The notes below the pieces were generated by a model. That model saw only the letters and a program-made list of their open reading frames with translations. It had not been told where the DNA came from and made no database searches. Shown piece after piece: positions 38,512 to 50,615 of a DNA stretch of 61,267 bases (position 1 is the stretch's first letter; the number at the start of each line of letters is the position of its first letter). This stretch comes from Glaucostegus cemiculus. Taxonomy: Eukaryota. The translations under genes and the position numbers were made by a program. Where the stretch lies: NCBI GenBank assembly GCA_976551045.1, contig CDPCPM010000289.1, positions 2,480,001 to 2,541,267 of the forward strand, in the 5' to 3' direction.

Positions 38512-38945
38512 AGTCCGGGGCAGGGTCTGGGGTCAGGGGCAAGGTCAGGGTCCAGGGGCAAGGCCAGGGTCAGGGTCCGGGGCAGGGTCTGGGGTCAGGG
38601 GCAAGGCCAGGGGCAGGGTCCGAGGCAGGGTCGGGGCAGGGTCTGGGGTCCGGGGCAGGGTCTGGGGTAAGGCCCGGAGTCAGGGGCGGTGACCTGGGCA
38701 GGGTCGGGGGTAAGGCCCAGGGTCAGGGGCAGGGACCGGGGTAAGGCCAGGAGTCAGGGGCGGTGACCTGGGCAGGGTCGGGGGTAAGGCCCAGGGTCAG
38801 GGGCAGGGACCGGGGTAAGGCCAGGAGTCAGGGGCGGTGACCTGGGCAGGGTCGGGGGTAAGGCCCAGGGTCAGGAGCAGGGTCCGGGGTAAGGCCCGGA
38901 GTCAGGGGCGGTGACCTGGGCAGGGTCGGGGGTAAGGTCTGGGAC
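38512..38945. repeat. G-rich array upstream of CDC16; 6-bp primitives with a 74-bp higher-order unit
   Basis: GGAGTCAGGGGCGGTGACCT recurs at 38676, 38750, 38824 and 38898. Confidence 0.93.
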
Positions 38946-39274
38946 AGGAAAGGTGCTCAGTTAGGCATTTAATTACTAGTTTAATCAATTCGGCACAACA
39001 GCATGGGCTGAAGGGCCTGTTCCTGTGCTGTACTGTTCTATCTGCTTTCTATAAGGTCAGGGCAGGAGCAAGGCTTAGGGGTAGGGCGTGGGGCAGGAGC
39101 AGGGTGTGAGGCAAGGAATTGGAATTGGTTTAACACACAAAATGCTGGAGGAACTCAGCAGGTCAGGCAGCATCTATGGAGGGAAATAAACAGTCAATGT
39201 TTTGGGCCGAGACCCTTCATCAGGACTGGAAAAGAAAAGGGCAGAAGCCGGACAAACAAGGTGGAGGGAGGGTG

Positions 39275-40378
39275 TTTATTCACTTGCACCAAGGTACTGT
39301 GAAAAACTCATCTGGCATACTGTCCACACGGATCAATTCATTACACAGGGCATTGAGGTAGTACAAGGGAATGCAGAGTAAAGTGTCACAGTTACAGAGA
39401 AGGTGCAGTGCAGGCAGACAATAAGGTTCAAGGTCATAATGAGGTAGTTTGTGAGGTCAAGAGTCCATTTTATCGTACTAGGGGAACCATTCAATAGTCT
39501 TATAACAGTGGGTCAGAAGCTGTCCTTGAACCTGGTGGTACATGCTTTCAGCTTTTTGTATCTTCTGCCCAATGGGAGGGGGAAGAAGAGAGAATGTCCT
39601 GGATGGGTGGGGTCTTTGATTATGTTGGCTGCTTTACCGAGGCAATGAGAAGTGTAGACAGAGTGTATAGAAGGGAGGCTGGTTTCCGTGATGCACTGGG
39701 CTGTGTCTACAGCTCTCTGCTGTTTCTTGCGGTCCTGGGCAGAGCAGTTACCATACCAAGCCATGATGTATCCAGAAGGATGCTTTCTATTGTGCATTGA
39801 TAAAAGTTAATGAGTGTCAAAGGGGACATGCCAAATTTCTTTAGCCTCTTGAGGAAATAGAGATGCTGGTGAGCTTTCTTGGCTGTGGTGTCAACGTGGT
39901 TGGACCAGGACAGGCTATTGGTGATGTTCTCTCCTGGGAACTTGAAGCTCTCAACCCTCTTGACCTCACCACCGTTGATGTAGACAGGTGCATGTACACT
40001 ACCCCCTTTCCTGAAGTCAATGACCAGCTCTTTTGCTGACATTGAGGGAAAGGTTGTTGTCATGACACCATGTCACGAAGCTCTCTATCTCCTTCATGTA
40101 CTCCAACTCATCATGATTTGAGATATGGCCCACAACAGTGGTATCATCTGTAAACTTGTAGATGGAGTTAGAGCAGAATCTGGCCACGCAGTCATGAGTA
40201 TATAGGGAGTAGAGTAGGGGGCTGAGGACGCAGCCTTGTGGGGCACCAGTAATGAGAATAATCATGCCGGAGTTCTTGCTGCCTATCCTCACTGATTGCG
40301 GTCTGTTGATCAGGAAGTCAAGGATCCAGTTACAGAGGGAGGTGTTGAGTCCCAGGTCTCAGAGTTTGGTGATGACTT
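39275..40378 (-). mobile_element. 5'-truncated Rex1/Babar-like LINE (RT remnant with frameshifts)
   Basis: [21 protein letters not shown]...[19 protein letters not shown] and TTRFKDSF in ORFs 40017..40292, 39707..40063 and 39513..39797. Confidence 0.9.
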
Positions 40379-40974
40379 GGTTTCCTAATGAGTTTGCAAG
40401 GCCCCTAAACAAAATAATTGATGAGTTTGCAAAGCCCCTAAATACTGCAGCACCTCCAACTGCCCTCCATTCTTTGGGGGTTGAGGTCTGGCTTATGATA
40501 GACCTTGTCTTAACCACTAATTACCATTCTAAACCAAACAGTATTGTTAATTGATGATAACTACTTCATATATTTGATCTTTACTCTTTTTGAATGATGA
40601 TTAAGTCTGAATGAGTGATGCCATTCCAGCTGAGTCTCTGGGGTGTGGCTGGACAGACAGTGCAATTGTATTGCTGCGGATCTGTGCACAGCACCCTTCG
40701 TTGCCCTTACCAGGCTGGCCAAGCTAAGCCCAGTACAGCGCAGTGGATTGAGCAGTGACACACCAAGTGGCAGTAGATCCCTGGAACACATTGACTACTT
40801 CCCGTATTTCAGGAGCTGATTCTCAGCAAAGGCAGATATCAGTGAAATTCACCACCACTGTCAGTCCACTAGCATGGTCTTTCATTGGTGACGAAAAGGG
40901 TGTTTGATGGTCAACCTCAAAACTGGCACAAAATTCATGGTCTCTATTCCGTGAGTTCAGGACAATGAATGATA

Positions 40975-41480
40975 GAGTTGTGCAGCGCAGAAACCATGTC
41001 CATGCCGACCTTTTACCCATCTAGACTAATCCCATTTGCCCACGTTAGCTCTCTATCCTTCTATGTCCTGCCTATTTAAATATCTGCTTAAATGACTCTT
41101 AAGTGTAGTGATTGTATCTAGTTCCACCACCTCCTGTGGTGTCGAGTTCCAGAGATCAACCACTCTCTGTAAAAAAGATACTTTACCCTCACATCCCCTT
41201 TAAAACTTCCCCCCCCCACCTTAAAACTGTTTTTGATATCCCTACCATGTTAAAAAGATTTTGACTATCTATCCTAATTATGCCTCACATAATCTTACAC
41301 TCTTCTATCAGCTCACCCGTCAGCCTCCTTTGCTCCAGGAGAAACAAACTCCTTAGCCTCCCTCCTTAGCTAAAATCCTCAATCCATGCAACATCGTGGT
41401 GAATGTCCTCTGTACCCTCTCCATCACAACCACACCTTCTTATAGTGGAGTAACCAGAACTGCACACAGTACTCCAACAG
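40975..41480 (-). mobile_element. CR1 LINE 3' end
   Basis: Reverse of LEYCVQFW plus a typical 3' UTR. Confidence 0.78.
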
Positions 41481-41579
41481 ATGAGAGGTGATTTTATTGA
41501 ATTTCACAAGTCTTAGAGTACCCAGCAGAGCAGATGGGGGTAGCGTGTTTCTCCTCACTGAGATTCTGAATTCAGACCT

Positions 41580-42260
41580 TGGAGGTGCAAAGGGACTTAG
41601 GAGTCCTAGTTCAGGATTCCATGAAAGTTAACGTAGGTTGAGTTAGTAGTAAGGAAGGCGAATACAGTGTCAGCATTTGTTTCAAGAGGATTAGAATATA
41701 AACCAAGGATGTACTGCGGAGGCATTATAAGGTGTTGGTCAGACCACATTTGCAATATTATGAGCAATTTTGGGCCCAGTATCTAGGGAAAGGTGTGCTG
41801 GCCCTGGAGAGGGTCCAGAGGAAGTTCGCAAGAATAAAAGGCTTAACATATGAAGAGTGTTTGATGGCTCTGGGCCTGTACTCAATGGAGTTCAGAAGGA
41901 TGAGGGGGATCTCATTGAAACCTACTGAAAGGCCTGAATAAAGTGGACGTGGAGAGGATGTTTCCATCAGTGGGAGAGTCCGGGATCTGAGGGCACAGCC
42001 TCAGAGTAAAGGGATGTCCCTTTAGAACTGGGATGAGGAGGAGTTTCTTCAGGGCGGTGAATCTGTGGAATTCATTGCCACAGATGGCTGTGGAGGCCAA
42101 GTCACTGGGGGTATTTAAGGCAGAGATTGATTGGTAAGGTGGTGAAAGGTTACAGGGAGAAGGTGGGAGAATAAGGTTGAAAAAAACCAGCCATGATCGA
42201 ATGGCAGAGCCGACTCAATGGGCCGAATATCCTAATTCTGCTCCGCCATCTTATGGTCTT
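41580..42260 (+). mobile_element. CR1 LINE 3' portion
   Basis: LVRPHLQYYEQFWAQYL...LERVQRKF (ORF 41732..41941). Confidence 0.85.
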
Positions 42261-42694
42261 TTACTAAGAATTAGGAGTCATCAGACAACTTTGAATCTTT
42301 GGAATTCTCTACCATGGAGGGTGTTGGAAGATCACTCATTGAGTTCATTAAGAACGGAGATCAGTAGTTTTCAGGATATTGGAGAAATAAAGGGACGTGG
42401 GGGTAGTGCAGGAAAATGGTGCTGAGGAAGAAGATTGTCCCATGATCTTGTTCAATGGTGAAGCAGGCTGAAGGGGCCAAATGGCCTACCCCTGCTTTCT
42501 CTTCTTACCCCAGGATGTTGGGGGAAATCAGCCTGTTGCACTTGAAACGATGCCACAGGATTTTTTACATTGACCTGACAGAGCATGTGGAGTCTGGTTC
42601 ACTCACCTCTTTAAAAGGAAGCATTTCTGACAGCAAATCAAAAACACCGCAGATGCTGGAAATCTGGAGTAAAAACAGAACATGCTGGAAAACA

Positions 42695-44022
42695 GCTTGC
42701 AGGATTCTTAGGGACAGGATTTACGAACATTTGGAGAAGCAAAGTCTTATCAGGGATAGTCAGCGTGGCTTTGTAAGGGGCAGGTCGTGCCTCATGACCC
42801 TAATAGTGTTTTCTGAGGAGGTGGCAAATAGATTAAGGTAGAGCGGTGGATGTGGTGGATATGGACTTCAGTAAGACGTTTGACAAGGTTCCCCATGGTA
42901 GGCTCATCCAGAAAGTCATGAGGCATGGGATCCATGGAGACTTGACTGTGTGGATTCAGAATTGGCTCACCCACAGAAGGCAGAGGGTGGTAGTAGATGG
43001 AGAGTATTCTGCCTGGAGTTCGGTGACAGTTGTGTTCTGCAGGGATCTGTTCTGGGACCCCTGCTGTGGATGAGGAAATGGAGGGGTGGGATAGTAAGTT
43101 TGCAGATGACATGAAGGTTGGAGGGGTTGTGGATAGTGTAGAATGTCGTCATGCGTTACAACAGAATATAGACAAGAAGTGGCAGATGGATTCAATCCAG
43201 AAAAGTGTGAAGTGATACACTTTGGAAGATTGGAGTACGAGGTTAATGGCAGGATTTTGAGCAGTGTGGAGGAACAAAGAGGTCCTGAGGTCCAAGTCCA
43301 TAGATCCCACAAAGTTGCCACACAAGTTGATAAGGTATGGTGTGGTGGTCTTCATTAGTCAGGGGACTAAGTTCAAGAGCTGTGAGGTAGTGTTACAACT
43401 CTGGAGAACTCTAGTTAGACCACATTAGTATTGTGTTCAGTTCTGGTCACCTCATTGTAGGAAGGATTTAGAGAGGGTGCAGAGATGATTTACCAGGATG
43501 CTGCCTGGATTAGAGAACGTGTCTTGTGAGAAAAGGTTTAGCAAGCTAGAGCTTTTCTCTTTGGTGCGATGCAGGATGAGAGGTGACTTGATAGAGATGT
43601 ATAAGATTATGAGGGGCATAGATTGAGTGGACAGTCAGAGACTTTCTCCCAGGGAGAAAGTGGGTAACACGAGGGGGCAAACATGAGTGGACAGCCAATA
43701 CCCTTTTTCCAGGGCGGCAATAGGCAATGCCAGAAGACATCCGTTTAAGGTCAGAGGAGGAATGTTCAGGGGAGATGTCAGAGGTAGGTTCTTTACACAG
43801 AGAGTGGTGGGTGCCTGGAACACGCTGCCAGGGGTGGTGGGAGAGGCTGATACAACAGGGACATGTAAAAGACTCTTAGTTGGGCACATGGAAGTAAGAA
43901 AAATGGAGGGTTATGGACTGTGCAGGAGGGAAGGGTTAGATTGATAATGGAGTAGGTGTTTATATAGGTTGGCACAACATTGTGGGTTGAAGAGCATGTC
44001 CTGTGCTCTACTGTTCTATGTT
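42695..44022 (+). mobile_element. CR1 LINE ORF2 remnant running to its 3' end
   Basis: DFSKTFDKVPHGRL, SKFADD and FFTQRVVGAWNTLP motifs. Confidence 0.9.
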
Positions 44023-44029
44023 CTGGGTC

Positions 44030-45300
44030 AGGCAGTGGCTGTGAGGAGATAAACAGTTCATGTTTCAGATCTGAGACCTTTCGTCAGAACTGGGAAAGAG
44101 AAAACAAGTTGGTCTGCTGTAGTAGAGAAAGTGGAGAAAGATGGGTAGAACAAGGGGAGTATCTTATGAGGTGAGACCAAATGGGTTAATGAGGTAGATA
44201 GAAGCACGTCATGCTTCTTTGTCTGTGATATGTGCTGCCAGTAGCAGGACAATGGGACAGGCCCAGAAGAACAGGCTGTAGTAATGGAGAGAGAGAAACT
44301 GAGCCAAAATCACCAATAGATGTTTGACAGAAATGGCTGGTTCTGATTCAGACAGAACTAATAACTGAGTTACCCAGAGCTGGAGAACCGAGTCTGGAAG
44401 GCGGCACCGTGTCCGGACAGACAATAGACAATAGGAGCAGAAGTAGACCATTCGGCCCTTCGAGTCTGCTCTGCCATTTTGAGATCATGGCTGATCCTCA
44501 ACACTCAATATCCCGTTCCTGCCTTGTCCCCATATCCCTTGATTCCCCTATCTATAAGAAACCTATCTAGCTCCTTCTTGAAAGTGCACAGAGAATTGAC
44601 CTCCACTGCCCTCTTGAGGCAGTGCATTCCACAAACTCACAACCCTCTGGGAGAAGAAGCTTTTCCTCACCTCTGTCCTAAATGGCCTACCCCTTATTCT
44701 TAAATCATGCCCTCTGGTCCTGGACTTCCCCAACATCTGGAACATATTGATGAGGTGAGGAGAAGATGAGGTGTTGTCCTCACGCTTGTGTTGGGCTTCT
44801 GAGTAACATTGCTGGAGGTCACAGACAGATCAGAGTGGGATGGAGAATTAAACTGGCAGGAACGGGGAGGTCAGGGTCACTCCTGTGGACTGAGCACAAA
44901 GTGATCACCCGCTCTGTGTTTGGTTTCCTCAGGGAAGAGGAGGCTGCACTGAGAACACTGAATGCAGGACACTAGATTGGAAGAGGTGCAAGTGAACCAC
45001 TGCTTCACCTGGAGAGACTGTTTGTGTCCCTGTGTGGTGGGAAGGGGAGAAGGGAAAGGACAGGTGGTTGCACCTCCTGTGGTTTGTGAGGAAGTACTAT
45101 AGGCTGGGAAGTGTTAGGTGAGGGCAGGAGAGCAGACAAGAAGTCACAAACAGAGTGATCCAAAATGCTCAAAGGGGAGAGGTATATGTGTCTGGTGGTG
45201 GAATCTTGCTGGGGCTGGCAGAAATTGCAAAGGATTGTTTGTTTTAATGCTGTACAGAAAATGGGATGAAGCTGTATTCTGCACTACCAACTCCTGACAT
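44030..45300 (-). mobile_element. Penelope-like element remnant (GIY-YIG region plus hammerhead-bearing terminus), split by a CR1 3' fragment at about 44421-44747
   Basis: Minus strand near 44900-45040 reads QVKQWFTCTSSNLVSCIQCSQCSLLFPEETKHR, a degenerate PLE GIY-YIG; CTGACGA...GAAAC at 44054-44092. Confidence 0.75.
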
Positions 45301-45378
45301 TGGATGGCAATGTTGCCCACCGTTACTGAGTAAACGAGAAATGAGAGTGCAGACCAAACCCATTCATGCTTGGGTGGG

Positions 45379-46651
45379 CCAGCTCCCCCCAGTGCCCGCC
45401 TCTCTCAACACCAGCTCCCCAATGCCCCCCTCTCTAACACCAGCTCCCCCAGTGAGCCCCCCTCTCTCAACACCAGCTCCCCAATGCCCCCCTCTCTCAA
45501 CACCAGCTCCCCAATGCCCCCCTGTCTAACACCAGCTCCCCCAATGCCCCCTCTCTAACACCAGCTCCCCCAGTGAGCCCCCCTCGCTAAACACCAGCTC
45601 CCCAATGCCACCTCGCTAAACACCAGCTCCCCAATGCCCCCTCGCTAAACACCAGCTCCCCAATGCCCCCCTCTCTAAACACCAGCTCCCCAATGCCCCC
45701 CTCTCTAAACACCAGCTCCCCCCAGTGAGCCCACCTCTCAACACCATCTCCCCAATGCCCCCCCTCTAACACCAGCTCCCCAATGCCCCACTCTCTCAAC
45801 ACCAGCTCCCCAATGCCCCCCTCTCTAAACCCCAGCTCCCCAATGCCCCCTCTCTAAACACCAGCTCCCCAATGTTCCCCTCTCTAAACACCAACTCCCC
45901 AATGCCCCCCTCTCTAAACACCAGCTCCCCCAGTGAGCCCCCCTCTCTAAACACCAGCTCCCCAATGCCCCCCTCTCTAAACACCAGCTCCCCCAGTGAG
46001 CCCCCCTCTCTAAACACCAACTCCCCAATGCCCCCCTCTCTCAACACCAGCTCCTCCAGTGAGCCCCCCTCTCTAAACACCATCTCCCCAATTCCCCCCT
46101 CTCTAAACACCATCTCCCCAATGTCCCCTCTCTAAACACCAGCTCCCCCAGTGAGCCCCCCTCTCTAAACACCAGCTCCCCCAGTTCCCCCTCCCTAAAC
46201 ACCAGCTCCCCCAATGCCCCCTCTCTAACACCAGTTCCCCGATGTTCCCCTCTCTAAACACCAGCTCCCCCAATGCCCCCTCTCTCAACACCAGCTCCCC
46301 CCAGTGCCCCCCTCTCTAAACACCAGCTCCCCCAATGCCCCCCTCTCTAAACACCAGCTCCCCCAGTGCCCCCCTCTCTAAACACCAGCTCCCCCAATGC
46401 CCCCTCTCTAAGCACCAGCTCCCCAGTGCCCCCTCTCTAAACACCAGCTCCCCAGTGTCCACTCGCTAAACACCAGCTCCCCCAGTGCCCCCTCTCTAAC
46501 AGCTCCCCCAATGCCCCCTCTCTAAACACTAGCTCCCCCAGTGCCCCCCTCTCTAAACACCAGCTCCCCCAATGCCCCCTCTCTAAACACCAGCTCCCCC
46601 AGAGCCCCCCTCTCTAAACACCAGCTCCCCCAGTGCCCCCTCTCTAAACAC
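45379..46651. repeat. About 30-bp C-rich minisatellite, roughly 40 copies (AAACACCAGCTCCCCAATGCCCCCCTCTCT)
   Basis: Direct reading; C-run lengths vary between units. Confidence 0.97.
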
Positions 46652-47394
46652 TCAGGTCATTATGACGATGCTGTCCCCCTCTGATTCTGCCACACACTCA
46701 GTGCTGCGCCTTCATTATTGATGCTGGGTGAATATTCCATTAGGAAACAGCAGCTGATTGGAGCAAGAGACGTGATGAGTGGATCACATACTCAGATACA
46801 CCCACAACACTGTTGTCTGAAGGCAGGGCTCGTGTGGATAGATACTTGGCCCCTTAGGGCTATATTTCCCATCAGAACATGGATCAGGCTGTGAGGAAGG
46901 TGCACTGAACAGAGGGATCTGGCAATCAGTGCAAAAATATTTTCAGTGACCTGATCAGACCAGCTGAGGTCAAGGACACAACACCACCATCTTCCTCCAT
47001 TACTGATTGACCCATTACAATGACCCCCCCCCCACAGACACATAATACGTAGCATCATTGAATCTGCAGGTCTGATCCAGCAGTCTCACTCCTGCTTTCT
47101 TCCCCAGCACTGCAAATAATTGCCTTCTAAGTGTGTGTCCCTTTGTTTATTGGAAGTGGCTGTTATATCTGCTCCCATTGCCCTCATACTCTTTGACCAT
47201 TCACACTTACCTTTCAGAAGGGAACCTCCACGCACAGTTACCACCTACCTCACCCCCTGCTCCAGAGGGGAAAATGGCCTTCTCTTGAAGGGGTAGGTAC
47301 ACCCACACCTCCACTCTGCCCCACGATCTCCTCACATCCATTCCCTTTGCCACCGTGACTGTGCCAAAACTACCATGGACACTTCACTAAAGCC

Positions 47395-48695
47395 CATAGC
47401 CAATGGCAGATGGAACTTAACCCTGATAAGAGCAGGATGATGCACTTGGAAGAACTAAGAAGGGTAGGGCACACTATCGAAAATAAAAAAATTGCCAATG
47501 CTAGAAATCTACAATAAAAGCATAATATGCTGGAAATACTCTTCAGGCCAGGCCACATCTGTGGGAGGAGAAACAGGGCTAATGTTTCAGGTAGCAGACC
47601 TGTCGTGAGAATACATTAATGAATGTTAAGGCCATAGGGAGTGTGAAGGAACAGAGGGATATTGGTGTACAAGTCCAAGGATCCCTGAAGGTGGTGGCAC
47701 CAGGTGGTGAAGAGGGCATACAGGAAACTTGCCTTTGTCAGCTGAGGCACAGAATATAAGAACAGGGAGGTTATATTACAGCTTTATTAAACAATGCACA
47801 TCTGGAGTACTGTGTGCGGTTCAATGCACATCTGGAGTACTGTGAGCAGTTCATTGCACAGCTGGAGTACTGTGTGCAGTTCAATGCACATCTGGAGTAC
47901 TGTGTGCAGTCTGATGCACATCTGGAGAACAATGCACATCTGGAGTACTGTGTGCAGTCTGATGCACATCTGGAATACTGTGTGCAGTTCAATGCACATA
48001 TGGAGTTCTATGCACATCTGGAGTACTGTGTGCAGTTCAATGCACATCTGGAGTGCAATGTACATCTGGAGTACTGTGTGCAGTTCAATGCACATCTGGA
48101 GTACTATGTGCAGTTCAATGCACATCTAGAGTACAATACACATCTGGAGTACTGTGTGCAGTTCAATGCACATCTGTAGTACTGTGTGCAGTTCAATGCA
48201 CATCTGGAGTACTGTGTGCAGTTCTGGTCACCAGAGCAGAGAGAGATGTGTTTGCATTGGAGAGGGTGCAGAGGAGATTCACCAGGTGTTGTATGGGATA
48301 GAGCATTTCAGTTATGAAGTACTATAGGTTGGGCTTGTTTTCCGTGAGGGTGAGGATAGAGATGTAAAGAATTATGAGGGGCATAGATAGGGTAGACATT
48401 TGGAAATTCCTCATAACAAAGGTGTCTAAAACTGGAGGGTAAGGGGGTGTTTAGAGGGGGTCTGAGGAGATATTTTTTACCCAGAAGGTGTTTGGAGACT
48501 GGAATACACTGCCTGAGGGGGTGATGGAGGCAGAAACTCACATATCTGTGAAATATGTAGACCTGCACTTGCAGCACCAAGGCATAGAAAGCTATGGACC
48601 AAGTGCTGGTAAATGGGATTAGTGTAGATGGCCACTGGATTGCTAGCATGCACATGATGGAATAAAGGGCCTGTTTCAGTGCTGTATAACTCCAT
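47395..48695 (+). mobile_element. CR1 LINE 3' portion containing the 30-bp expansion
   Basis: WQMELNPDK upstream; HLEYCVQFWSP and ALERVQRRFTR downstream. Confidence 0.85.
47792..48224. repeat. 30-bp minisatellite (AATGCACATCTGGAGTACTGTGTGCAGTTC) inside a CR1 LINE
   Basis: Units translate as NAHLEYCVQF; some shortened units are interspersed. Confidence 0.96.
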
Positions 48696-50429
48696 GGCTG
48701 TATTGCAGAAAACTTTGGGCCGAGGGGCAGGAATAAATCACAGATGTCCCTGGGGTAGAAGGAAACAGAAGACAGACTCTGTAGCACTACCTGTGACTTC
48801 TGGACACCCCAATGTTCTGGATGAAAAGGCCATCAGCAATAGGATCAGGAGTCAGGTGTAGAGGTCCCTGAGGCTACTGTGCATTCAATGATACCTGACT
48901 TCAGCCTAGCTCCAATTTCCTGCCTCTTCCCATAACCTCGCTAGAGGAACACAGCATCTTGTGGTTTTTTCATCTAGATTCCTGCATCTGCAGTCTGTTC
49001 CCCCATAACCTTGACTCCCCTACAGACCAAGAATCTGTCCATCTTGGTCTTGAATATATTGAATGACTCCACCTCTACAGCTGTGTGGGGCAGAGAGTTC
49101 CGTAGATTCACGGCCCCCTGAGAGAAGAAATTCCTTCTATCTCTGTCAGAAATAGACAACCCCTAATTCTGTGCCTTCTGGTTCTAGGTACCCCCACAAG
49201 GAAGTTCTCAACATCTACCCCTTCAGTCGCCCTCAGGAACAAAGATGTTTCAACAAGATCACCTCTCATTCTTGTAAACTCCAGTATTACAGCCTTTAAA
49301 GTACACTTTGGAAGTATTATTACTCCTGTAAGGTTGGAAATTTAACAGCCAAATTGCCAGCAAAGATGTACCTTCTAAAAATATGGTAACTAACCACGGT
49401 GTAGGAGGGGTGGGGTTGTTTTTCAGTGCAGAGATATAACTGCATCTAAGGTGTGTCCCTGCTGCGGATTACTTTGAGTAAAATAAAAAGACACAAGTAG
49501 TTATCTGGTGTTTGATCAGTTTCTGTGCAGTGTGGTGAAGAGGGTGGAGCAGGTAGTTGGAGCAAACCCAAAATAAAAACATGGCCTTTTACCCCAGTGC
49601 CAGTGTTGAACTGGCCGAGGTGCAAGGTATCTGTGGACCAGATCACCAGCAGACAAACTCAAACGGACAAGTTACCCTCCCACTGAATGTCTGATCTCAC
49701 CCACCCACTGAAGCTCACTGAACCTCTCACATTAGAAATGTTCCTTCAAACTCACAAAGCATCAATCAATGCACAAGGAGGAGTCTGGTCCCAAAGCACT
49801 TTACACCTAAAAAAAATGATTTAGTAGAATGGCGATGTAGAAAATGTAGTTGATAATCTATGCTCAGTGAGCTGCCACAGACAGTGTGAAGCATGGGCAG
49901 ATCTGCAGCATTTTCTTAGTGATGTTACTTAAGAGATGGATAATGACCAAGGCACCCAGGGGAACTCGCTATGCCTTCTTCAAAACAGTCCCATTGGATC
50001 ACCTAAGTCTGTCTGAGGGACCAGACAAGGCCATACCCCCGACACTGAGAATGTTGTGCTTCAGTCTCTGGGGTGGGTTTGAAACCATTGTTCCATAAGG
50101 AAGAGGGGAGAATTCTGCCCGCTGATCCACACCAAACATTGATTCTTTCAATTTCACAGTATGAATCGTGAAAAGCAGCAAATTTATTTCACTAGATCTT
50201 CCTATAAACACACGGACATGCTTGCATTGACACAATTTCTTTCAAACTCAGCACTCTTGCTTTAACGATAAACATCCATATCAGTGAGAACTCGAGAAAG
50301 CATGAATGAGGTGTGTCTGATCTCAGTTACTGGTTCCTGAAACCTTCCCACACAGGGTAGTGACAGATGTAGATGCATTTATGGTCTGAACCACTGGCTG
50401 AAAGGAAGTTTGATGAGAAGATTGAGATA

Positions 50430-50435
50430 TTTATT
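50430..50435 (-). terminator. Candidate polyadenylation signal (AATAAA) of the CFAP97D2-like gene
   Basis: TTTATT on the plus strand, 100 nt past the predicted stop. Confidence 0.5.
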
Positions 50436-50534
50436 CTGGAGCAATAAATATGGAGGCACAGGTGGTACTGAGAGCTCAGTGTGGAGCCAGTTGAGCTGAA
50501 GACAGGCTACTTTGCTCCCTTTCTCTGCTGTCCT

Positions 50535-50615
50535 TCATGTCGATCTCCTTGCTTGTACGTTTTTGCTCTTTTCAGAATTTTTTGCTGATTTGACCTTCCT
50601 TGCTTTTGATTTGGG
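50535..50615 (-). CDS. CFAP97D2: Probable last coding exon of the CFAP97D2-like gene (PKSKARKVKSAKNSEKSKNVQARRST*)
   Basis: tttgcattttgccag acceptor; phase 0 fits; basic low-complexity tail ending in TGA; AATAAA about 100 nt downstream. Confidence 0.6.
   Translation of the reverse strand, partial: PKSKARKVKSAKNSEKSKNVQARRST

Noticed and set aside
38172-38561. In-frame upstream extension of CDC16 in the 554-aa ORF
   Set aside because: Begins at a non-ATG codon in the G-rich array upstream of the promoter motifs; stop-poor because of GC content
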